NCBI GenBank assembly: GCA_003649205.1
Contig: QMRC01000001.1
Location: 1 to 64,000 of the forward strand
DNA length: 64,000 nt
Reading direction: 5' to 3'
From: Thermoprotei archaeon
GTDB taxonomy: Archaea > Thermoproteota > Thermoprotei > Thermoproteales > B15-G16
Part shown: one piece after another, positions 56,609-64,000 of the stretch
How the letters are laid out: each line of letters begins with the position of its first letter
Numbering within the stretch: the first letter of the stretch is position 1
Program-made: the position numbers and the translations under genes
The notes under the pieces: model-generated
What the model was told of the DNA's origin: nothing
Database searches by the model: none
What the model saw: the letters and a program-made list of their open reading frames with translations, nothing else

Positions 56609-57538
56609 TTACTCGTGATCGATCTTAATCCAATCCATGTCCTTTGGTAAGTACACATTACTGAATTCTTCTTCAGCTTCTTTGAGTAGGTGCCCTTCCT
56701 GCTCGGTATACCTAGGACTTATGTGGAAGAGTATCAGTGACCTAACTCCTGCTTCTTTTGCTACCCAAGCTGCCTCTCTAGCTGTTGAGTGCATGCTCTC
56801 AATAGCTTTATCTCTATCTCTATCCATGAAGGTTGCCTCATGGATTAGTATATCAGCTCCCTTAGCTAACTTAATGAGTTTCTCACATGGTCTAGTATCA
56901 CCACTATAGACAAGCTTCAGACCTCTCCTAGGCTCATCACATACATCGCGTGGATGGACAACTATACCATTAGGAAGTACAACACTCTGACCACTCTGAA
57001 GTAATTTCCAGTACCTAACCGGTACACCTAATGCTCTTGCTCTCTCAGGGTGGAAAGTACCCGGTAGCTCCTTTTCCTCAATAGCGAAGGCATAGGTTGT
57101 TATTGAGTGTTCAACTCTAACAGCCTTTACACAGTACCTACCGAAGTCTAGAACTTCAACCTCGTTCTTCAGTTCCTTAATTAGGAGCCTATACCCTCTC
57201 TCAGAGTGCGACTTTGAACTTGCTTGAGAGCGCTTCAAGATCGTATCCATAATCTCAGCAATACCTTCAGGGCCAATTACCAAGAGTTCTCTTGTTCTAC
57301 CTGAGAGTGCTAGTGTTTGAAGGAAACCAAAGAGGCCAAAGTAATGATCACCATGGAGGTGTGAGATCAAGATCTTCATTTCCTTATTGACACCGAACCC
57401 TATCCTAAGGTACCTGTACTGCATACCCTCTCCGCAATCGAGAATCAATACTTCACTTCCCCACCTAATAGCTATGGAGGGTAATGCTCTTGTAGATGTA
57501 GGCATACCTGATCCAGTACCTAGAAATACGAGATCCAC
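56609..57538 (-). CDS. rnz: Ribonuclease Z
   Basis: FLGTGSG, DCGEG, SHLHGDH, YSGDT, HEATF, HISPRY. Confidence 0.96.
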   Translation of the reverse strand: MDLVFLGTGSGMPTSTRALPSIAIRWGSEVLILDCGEGMQYRYLRIGFGVNKEMKILISHLHGDHYFGLFGFLQTLALSGRTRELLVIGPEGIAEIMDTILKRSQASSKSHSERGYRLLIKELKNEVEVLDFGRYCVKAVRVEHSITTYAFAIEEKELPGTFHPERARALGVPVRYWKLLQSGQSVVLPNGIVVHPRDVCDEPRRGLKLVYSGDTRPCEKLIKLAKGADILIHEATFMDRDRDKAIESMHSTAREAAWVAKEAGVRSLILFHISPRYTEQEGHLLKEAEEEFSNVYLPKDMDWIKIDHE

Positions 57539-57539
57539 A

Positions 57540-58625
57540 CTACTTCACCTTCCTCACAACCTCAACAATCCTAGTCAGTGAACTATGTACACGCATACTA
57601 TGTTTCTCAACTACTGCAAATCCGTGATCTCTCAAGTAATCACTAACATCAATCCACGAGGGGTGGGCAAAGCACATGTACTTCCCCCTCTTCAACACCA
57701 TAGAAGAGCACTCAATGAACTTCCTAAGAAGCTCCTCAAGAGGAGTTTTCTTAGTGCTAGCTGCCCTACCGTAAGGAGGATCAGTTGCTATAGCATCGAC
57801 ACACTCATGTCTAAAACCTAGCCTCCTTGCGTCACCAAGTACAACACCAATAGACTTAACCGAGTAGTACTCAGTATTCACAGCAGACCCCCTAACCATG
57901 AACTCATCAATATCAACACCAACACACTCGCAACCAATTAAACCAGCCTCGACAAGTATACCTCCAACACCACAGAAAGGATCGAGAACTACACCACCTC
58001 TAGGTGCTCTCGCTAAATTAACGAAAAGTCTTGATGTGTACGCATCTAAGCTACTTGGGTGAAATACAGGTCTTCTTCTTGGTCTTCTCTCCTGAAAAGA
58101 ACCTCTATTAACTTCGCGTAGAACCCTACCTATGATAGCTCTATTACCTGTAACAATACAGACAATAACTTCATCGGGGTTACGTACATCAACCTTAGCA
58201 CATCCACATACCCTCTTCAGGATGGTAGCACCCATACTCTTCTCAACCTGGTACTTACTCAATCCTGCACCATAGGTCTTTACTCTAATCAACCTACACA
58301 CAAAGGACTTGCCTTTAAGGAAGGACCAATCAACGCTATCTACCGCTGCAACGATATCACTGAGAGCAACTCCCTCAACAGCAGCAAGTTCCTCACAGAT
58401 AAGCTTTGTCATCGACAATCGTGTAGCAATTACATCAACATCTAGATTCCTGACCTCAAGTCTAAGTACTTGATCAAGTACATCAACAACTTTATACTCA
58501 ATACCTTCAGTCTCTAAAGTAGCTACAAATTCAGCTCTGGGTAGAGACTCATGCTCACCAGAGAGCAATGCAAATAATCTCTTCCAAATCATACCCACAT
58601 CGACATAGGAGAAGAAACTTATCAA
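57540..58625 (-). CDS. THUMP-domain tRNA m2G10 methyltransferase (Trm11/TrmG10)
   Basis: LSGEH, DPFCGVGG, TDPPYG, VHSSLTR. Confidence 0.9.
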   Translation of the reverse strand: MISFFSYVDVGMIWKRLFALLSGEHESLPRAEFVATLETEGIEYKVVDVLDQVLRLEVRNLDVDVIATRLSMTKLICEELAAVEGVALSDIVAAVDSVDWSFLKGKSFVCRLIRVKTYGAGLSKYQVEKSMGATILKRVCGCAKVDVRNPDEVIVCIVTGNRAIIGRVLREVNRGSFQERRPRRRPVFHPSSLDAYTSRLFVNLARAPRGGVVLDPFCGVGGILVEAGLIGCECVGVDIDEFMVRGSAVNTEYYSVKSIGVVLGDARRLGFRHECVDAIATDPPYGRAASTKKTPLEELLRKFIECSSMVLKRGKYMCFAHPSWIDVSDYLRDHGFAVVEKHSMRVHSSLTRIVEVVRKVK

Positions 58626-58641
58626 CCGTACTCACGAGGGA

Positions 58642-59739
58642 TTAGCTTGTCCTCAGTATCTGTTGAATTCTCTTCATGCTCCATGAAGATAAGAGAACTG
58701 TGTACAGCGAGAGGAGTATGTAGGCAATAGCTAGTATAGGTGAACCAGTACCTAATACAATCCTCGATATTTCTGTCAGTACCCACCTAAGTGGTACAAA
58801 TGCAGGAACCATCATGAGCAGTCTACGGTATAGCACACCTCTTGCCTCAAAGTGCTCAAGTATGAAGACTACCATAACTATTATCACAAGCACTATAATC
58901 ACATCGACAACATATGCGAATCCAACCGTAGCAACGAGTACAGTAATTGGTGTTGAAGGATTGGGAGCTTTTGCAGCGCTAAGCGTTGATGATAGGATCA
59001 ATAGAGCGAACAGCGAAACCGTCGTAGTTAGAGGATACTTACCGAAAGTATTTCGAAGTACTTTCCTCAGTACTTCACCTAAGTTAAAGGCTACCCACAA
59101 CATAGCTAAACCTATCAAAGCAACTATCGCAGTACCTACAATCCTGAGCACTATCATAGGTATCCACTGTGCAACGGCATAAAGTAGTAGCAAGACCCCA
59201 GGAATACCGAGAGCATACCTTCTATACGCAGGCTCTTCTATCAGTTTCTTGAGATAGTACTTCAGCAAAACAACACTCTCCTCAACACCTCTAGATTGCT
59301 TAACTATTATCCTCCTAACAACTACATAGCGAACTCTAGATTGTAGCAGTGGTAACACCTTCTCATCCGTAGGACTATCACAGACCAGTACGATGGTATC
59401 AGCACCTACCCTACTAAGTACGTGATCTACCTCTGCCTCTAGCTTGAGATCAGATGCTACACTTTCTTCCGGTAGTCCAGTTACGAGAGCGATCTCCACT
59501 CTATCTCTTCCTATGGATGCAGCTAGTGAGTCGTAGATCTGAATAGCGGCGAATAGTGCATTAACATCAGCATCATCCGGAGCACGTAGTGCATACTCAG
59601 TAGCAACCTTAACTAACTGATCTCTTCCAGTAAGTGGTGTACGGACACCCAGCTTCGAACCTACATCATTGTCCCTATCCACACAGAGAACCAATACCTT
59701 ACTTGAGTGCCTTAGCGCTTCGTACACAGTAAACCCCAA
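58642..59739 (-). CDS. DUF373 membrane protein
   Basis: VLCVDRDNDVG, DADVNA, VKQS, C-terminal TM helices. Confidence 0.88.
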   Translation of the reverse strand: MGFTVYEALRHSSKVLVLCVDRDNDVGSKLGVRTPLTGRDQLVKVATEYALRAPDDADVNALFAAIQIYDSLAASIGRDRVEIALVTGLPEESVASDLKLEAEVDHVLSRVGADTIVLVCDSPTDEKVLPLLQSRVRYVVVRRIIVKQSRGVEESVVLLKYYLKKLIEEPAYRRYALGIPGVLLLLYAVAQWIPMIVLRIVGTAIVALIGLAMLWVAFNLGEVLRKVLRNTFGKYPLTTTVSLFALLILSSTLSAAKAPNPSTPITVLVATVGFAYVVDVIIVLVIIVMVVFILEHFEARGVLYRRLLMMVPAFVPLRWVLTEISRIVLGTGSPILAIAYILLSLYTVLLSSWSMKRIQQILRTS

Positions 59740-59775
59740 TTAGAGACCGAAGTTCTGCATATTAACGCTATCGAA

Positions 59776-60720
59776 CTACTTCGGGTATTCCAGTAGACCA
59801 GCTTCGTACAGTATCTTAAGCTCCTCAAGAGATACTCTCTCACCACGCTTATACTTCTCATAGATCTTGAGGGCTCTCTCCATGAGGGCACCTCTCCTCT
59901 CTGAAAGCTTCTTAGCTATAATCTCAGCTTTCTTCATCAGCTTCAGTCTTCTCAATTCTTCCTCAAGCTCCTGAATTCTAGCTCTAATACTCCTCGATTG
60001 CTCAGCTAGCTCACTCAATCTCTTCTTAAGATTATCTCTCCTGCTCTTTAACCGCTCTAGCTCAGTTACGAGAGAAGAGATTTCCTCCTTCAACTGCTTA
60101 ATCCTCTCCTTACAGGGGAGTATCTTCATCTCGTACGTATCCTGCATCTTAGCTCTAAGCTCATCGAATTCCCTAGCCAGCTCATTGTACTTCCTCCTTA
60201 GTTCATCAATTGTCTTCTGTAAGTTCTTCGTCTTAGTAATCACCTTGAACTGAAATTCAAGCTCAGCAATCTTCTTCAATATCTCCTTTTCCCACTCAAG
60301 ATTTGTGGGGGCAGTTTCGTAAGCCCACTCAAGTTTCTCGAGCAGTTCAAGGACTTTGCTCTCGTCTTGTTCACGACCTCTAATATGGGGTAAGAGCGCT
60401 CTTAAGTGATCTTTGAGTACACGAATGTACTCCCTACATCTAGCTAGTTCCTGCCTAATTTCGTTCCTTTTACCTCTTAAAGACCTAAGTTCCTGAATAG
60501 CTAGATCTCTCTCATTTCTCAAACTTTGAAGAACTTGTTTCTTCTCACGAATCCTTACACGAATAGAATTCAGCTCCTCAACAACTCTAGCTAATTCAGC
60601 TCTAACCTCGTTACGTTCAATCTGGCATCTCTCAAGCTCTTCACGAAGCTTCTTCAATTGCTCCATCACTTCACTGATCTTCTTATCGATGTCACTTGTA
60701 CCTACTGACATCAAAGTCAC
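59776..60720 (-). CDS. Archaeal long coiled-coil protein (COG1340-like)
   Basis: Continuous heptads; LEWAYET, EKYKRGERVSLEEL. Confidence 0.85.
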   Translation of the reverse strand: MTLMSVGTSDIDKKISEVMEQLKKLREELERCQIERNEVRAELARVVEELNSIRVRIREKKQVLQSLRNERDLAIQELRSLRGKRNEIRQELARCREYIRVLKDHLRALLPHIRGREQDESKVLELLEKLEWAYETAPTNLEWEKEILKKIAELEFQFKVITKTKNLQKTIDELRRKYNELAREFDELRAKMQDTYEMKILPCKERIKQLKEEISSLVTELERLKSRRDNLKKRLSELAEQSRSIRARIQELEEELRRLKLMKKAEIIAKKLSERRGALMERALKIYEKYKRGERVSLEELKILYEAGLLEYPK

Positions 60721-60775
60721 ACTCTCCCTACCATAGGGCTTTAGTGCTCTTTTAATGTTACGTCATGTCACTACA

Positions 60776-61543
60776 CTAGGGTAGAGTTACGTAATCTTCA
60801 CCACCAACATAGATCTGCTGCAGAACAGCATAGAGGGAGTCAATACCTTCACCGGTCTTCGCAGATACAGGCAATACTCTAGTCATACTCCAGACCTTAC
60901 TCAGTAAGGAGCAGACGTCTCTAGAGATCTCACGCTCAAATCCGCTATGTTCAAGTTCAATCCTGCTATAGAGCTCATCTACGTTCTCAGCCCATTCACA
61001 AATCTCATCAACTACCTTCCTCTCCACCAAGTCTATCTTTGTCAATACATTTAGCTGAGGTCTCTGCAGTCTATAGTAGCAGGATAGGGACAACAACATA
61101 GCCGATACGAAGGATGCTGGTCTTGAGGCAAAAACTACATCAAAGAGAAATAGTACAGCAGCTCTCTCAGCACTTAAGGTATTGACTATGTGTGGTCCAA
61201 CAGCTCTAAACACAAATAACTCGATTTGACCTGGAGTATCAACAAGCACGTACCCCGGTCTCAAATCATTTATCTCACGCTGTATTTCCTCTGCATTCAA
61301 AGCGATGTAGTCTGCAGCAGCTATGATAGCTGCATTAGGACCTAGGTTGTACTCCTCCATTAACTTCCTAGCTGTTACGTACTCCCTAACATCAACATCA
61401 GGAGTATAGGGTAGCCACTCAGCAGCAGGATCGAGATTCACGATTATAGTATCCATATCGTGCTCTATTAACCAATTGTAGAGTGCGGCAACTAAGGTCG
61501 ATTTCCCAGAACCTGCTGGTCCAACAACAAATACAGTGAACAT
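60776..61543 (-). CDS. GPN-loop GTPase
   Basis: GPAGSGKS, NLDPA, LGPN, DTPGQIE, TKID. Confidence 0.95.
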   Translation of the reverse strand: MFTVFVVGPAGSGKSTLVAALYNWLIEHDMDTIIVNLDPAAEWLPYTPDVDVREYVTARKLMEEYNLGPNAAIIAAADYIALNAEEIQREINDLRPGYVLVDTPGQIELFVFRAVGPHIVNTLSAERAAVLFLFDVVFASRPASFVSAMLLSLSCYYRLQRPQLNVLTKIDLVERKVVDEICEWAENVDELYSRIELEHSGFEREISRDVCSLLSKVWSMTRVLPVSAKTGEGIDSLYAVLQQIYVGGEDYVTLP

Positions 61544-61814
61544 TTACTCACCATTAACCACTGGCACAGTGAGTTAATAGACTTTATCACTAGAGCTGTA
61601 ACTGAGACACCTCCTCGAGCATCTCAAGGTATATCGACTCCGCAATAACATCACTCACGAACTTCATTACAAGTACCTGTCTTTGATTTGAACCCTTACT
61701 CATCATCGAGCTAAGAACCCTGTATCACACTATTATAGGTGGTGGGACTAGTCTGGACACTTCAAGTGCATATAGCGTAGGGGTGAGAGAGTTAAGCAAA
61801 TGTTTATTGTCGAA

Positions 61815-62120
61815 CTATTCTCTTGATCTCCTACGTTTCTCAACTAATTTTTCAGCAATAAGCTTAAGTAGTTGATACTTTCCAGCAACTTTCTTAACGA
61901 GAACATACCCTCCATACTCCTCCCACCACACAGAGGGATAGTGCTTACCTCGTACAATCTCTGGCTCAAGACCTAGCTCACGAGCTACCTCAGCAATCTC
62001 ATCAGCTCTAGGATTCTCAACAGCTAGTGACTTAGGTACCTTCCTACCTAGGCTTCTAGGTAGTCTTGAGTCGAAGTAAACGGGCCACACTACTACCTTA
62101 CCTTCACTCTTCGGTATCAT
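61815..62120 (-). CDS. srp19: Signal recognition particle 19 kDa protein
   Basis: VVWPVYFDS...GRKVPK...YPSVWW. Confidence 0.93.
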   Translation of the reverse strand: MIPKSEGKVVVWPVYFDSRLPRSLGRKVPKSLAVENPRADEIAEVARELGLEPEIVRGKHYPSVWWEEYGGYVLVKKVAGKYQLLKLIAEKLVEKRRRSRE

Positions 62121-62215
62121 CGGTATTACCTCGCGATAATATCACAATTTTGTGAGGTTAAAGTTCTTTAGTCGTGACTAAATTAATATCTTGATTGAAA
62201 TCATAGTACTAAAGC

Positions 62216-62518
62216 TTGGAGGGTCTTTTCTTGTCACTTAGGAAGATTGGTCATATAATCCACTACTCTAGGAGTAAGAAGCTAATAGCTAGGCTCACTA
62301 TGTTCGTACCTCCACCAATCACGGTTTTCGACTTCAAGATGAAGAGGATAGGTACGTTAGTTGATGTTTTTGGTCCTGTTGATAGACCTTATGGATCCAT
62401 AAAGCCTGAACCTTCGTTAAGTAATCCAGATCAGTACGTTGATGTAGACATCTATGTTAGGGTCTATGATCTAGAGAGGAGAAGGGGGCGAGGTGTAGGT
62501 GAGAAAAGAGGTAAGTAA
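62216..62518 (+). CDS. gar1: H/ACA RNP protein Gar1
   Basis: IGTLVDVFGPVDRPY. Confidence 0.9.
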   Translation: MEGLFLSLRKIGHIIHYSRSKKLIARLTMFVPPPITVFDFKMKRIGTLVDVFGPVDRPYGSIKPEPSLSNPDQYVDVDIYVRVYDLERRRGRGVGEKRGK

Positions 62519-63440
62519 GGGCGGTACAGAGCTACTATCCAACGGTATTATCTGTCCGTACTGTGGTAAACCAACTGTTGTTAGGGACTATACGAGAGCA
62601 TGTTTAGTCTGTCGAAATTGTGGTGCTGTTGTTGATGAGAATCTACCTGATCTAGGTCCTGAATGGAGAGCATACACACCTCAGCAGTTTATGGAGAGAG
62701 CTAGAACAGGAGCACCTGAAACACCACTCCTACCTGATAAAGGTCTTCCAACGATAATACCCACTGTTCGTAAGGATGCACAGGGTAGAGAGCTAAGTCC
62801 AGAGAAGTATAGGCTCGTTAGGAAGTTAATCAAGATACAGAAGCGATTGAAGACTAGTTCTGAGCGAAATCTAACGATTGCCCTAGCTGAGATAACGAGA
62901 ATGGGTACAGTACTTGGACTACCACGTGTTGTTGTCCTTGAAGCTTCTGTCATGTATAGAGAAGCCATTAAGAGGGGTTTAGCTAAGGGAAGGTCTATTG
63001 AGGCGCTTGCAGCAGCATGTGTATACGCTGCCTGTAGGAGGTACAAGGTACCTAGATCACTTGAGGAGATAGCAGTACATGCCAAGATAGATCGAAAGAT
63101 CATAGCTAAGTGCTATAGACTGATCATCAAGGAGGTACTGGGTAAGGTACCATCTACCTCCGCTAGAGAGTACATACCTAGACTAGCTAAGACACTTAAG
63201 TTACCACCAGAGGTCCAGAGAGAGGCCATATCCATAATAGAGAAGGCATATGAGGTGGGTATAACAGCAGGTAAAACACCTATCGGATTGGCAGCTGCTG
63301 CACTCTACATAGCTTCTGTTCTCCTGAATTCAAAGAGGACTCAAAAGGAGATTGCTGTTGCTGCTGGCGTAACTGAGGTAACTATTAGGAATAGGTATAA
63401 AGAACTCCTGAATAAACTCGACATAGTTGTGTACGTCTAG
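62499..63440 (+). CDS. tfb: Transcription initiation factor TFB
   Basis: CPYC...CRNCG ribbon, GPEWR, GRS, TQKEIAVAAGVTEVTIRNRYKEL. Confidence 0.97.
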   Translation: MRKEVSKGGTELLSNGIICPYCGKPTVVRDYTRACLVCRNCGAVVDENLPDLGPEWRAYTPQQFMERARTGAPETPLLPDKGLPTIIPTVRKDAQGRELSPEKYRLVRKLIKIQKRLKTSSERNLTIALAEITRMGTVLGLPRVVVLEASVMYREAIKRGLAKGRSIEALAAACVYAACRRYKVPRSLEEIAVHAKIDRKIIAKCYRLIIKEVLGKVPSTSAREYIPRLAKTLKLPPEVQREAISIIEKAYEVGITAGKTPIGLAAAALYIASVLLNSKRTQKEIAVAAGVTEVTIRNRYKELLNKLDIVVYV

Positions 63441-63460
63441 CTACCTACCGGTGACAGAAG

Positions 63461-63871
63461 ATGGACACTCTAACACCAATTGAGGAGCGATTACTCAGAG
63501 AGATCGCCAAAGCTGGAAAGGAAGGAGTTATCCAGATGGAGTTATGGAGGAAGCTAGGTATTGATAGTAGAGAGGGTTCGAAAATCCTTGCTAGACTTGA
63601 GAAGAAAGGCTTCATTAAGCGTGAACCGATTAAGGTGAATGGTAGGAGAACATACAGAGTCTACGTTGTGAAAGGTCTTGAGTTAGTTACCGAGAAAGCA
63701 CCAACAATTGAAGTAGTACAACTCCCCACCGAGCTAGAATTCCTGCTTGAGGTACCTTGTTTTACTTGTCCTCAACTCCATGTGTGCGGCAGCTTGAGAG
63801 GTGTTAATCCTGAAAATTGTCCTAAGTTAACTGCTTGGCTTCTCTCTAAGGTGCGTGAGGGATATGAGTAG
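63461..63871 (+). CDS. TFE-beta / RPC34(39)-like wHTH plus Fe-S protein
   Basis: Winged helix (IQMELWRKLG...LEKKGFIKRE) plus PCFTC...C...NPENC...W; downstream of tfb, as known for crenarchaeal TFE-beta. Confidence 0.85.
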   Translation: MDTLTPIEERLLREIAKAGKEGVIQMELWRKLGIDSREGSKILARLEKKGFIKREPIKVNGRRTYRVYVVKGLELVTEKAPTIEVVQLPTELEFLLEVPCFTCPQLHVCGSLRGVNPENCPKLTAWLLSKVREGYE

Positions 63872-64000
63872 TCGATTGAGGACCTTTATTGCTGTTGATA
63901 TTGAGGATCCTCAAATTCTCGATAAGTTAATGGAGTTGGAGAAGAGGATTGTTGATACTGGTGCTGATGTGAAGCTAGTTGAACGAGAGAACCTACACAT
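63864..64000 (+). CDS. thpR: 2H RNA 2',3'-cyclic phosphodiesterase (2'-5' RNA ligase), partial
   Basis: Manual translation MSSRLRTFIAVDIEDP...DVKLVERENLH(I), running into the first HxT motif. Confidence 0.88.
   Translation, partial: MSSRLRTFIAVDIEDPQILDKLMELEKRIVDTGADVKLVERENLH

Overview
Core-genome region of a (hyper)thermophilic archaeon, most consistent with Thermoprotei. Supporting features are rpS30e, TFE-beta/RPC34, GatDE, Nop5/fibrillarin, NMD3, and non-canonical BHB tRNA introns. Most of the window is translation, ribosome-biogenesis and RNA-modification genes. It also carries nucleoside/SAM salvage genes, a class III ribonucleotide reductase, a group 3b [NiFe] hydrogenase operon, a 2-oxoacid:ferredoxin oxidoreductase operon and mannoside-degrading enzymes. 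The most interesting signals are non-coding or structural. (1) A lone 3' half of tRNA-Leu(TAG) has its own TATA box and a GC-rich half-BHB leader, and sits head-to-head with a LAGLIDADG endonuclease-like ORF that the ORF track missed. (2) A stand-alone 5S rRNA is enclosed in a bulge-helix-bulge (BHB) processing stem. (3) At least six unannotated box C/D guide RNAs are present. (4) A strong AC-to-GT strand skew, independent of gene orientation, switches at stable-RNA loci. (5) A SPOUT methyltransferase lies head-to-head (2 nt apart) with an apparently degenerate SPOUT-like partner. (6) Several genes probably use non-canonical (CTG/ATA) start codons. All family assignments come from motif recognition by eye; no database searches were run.
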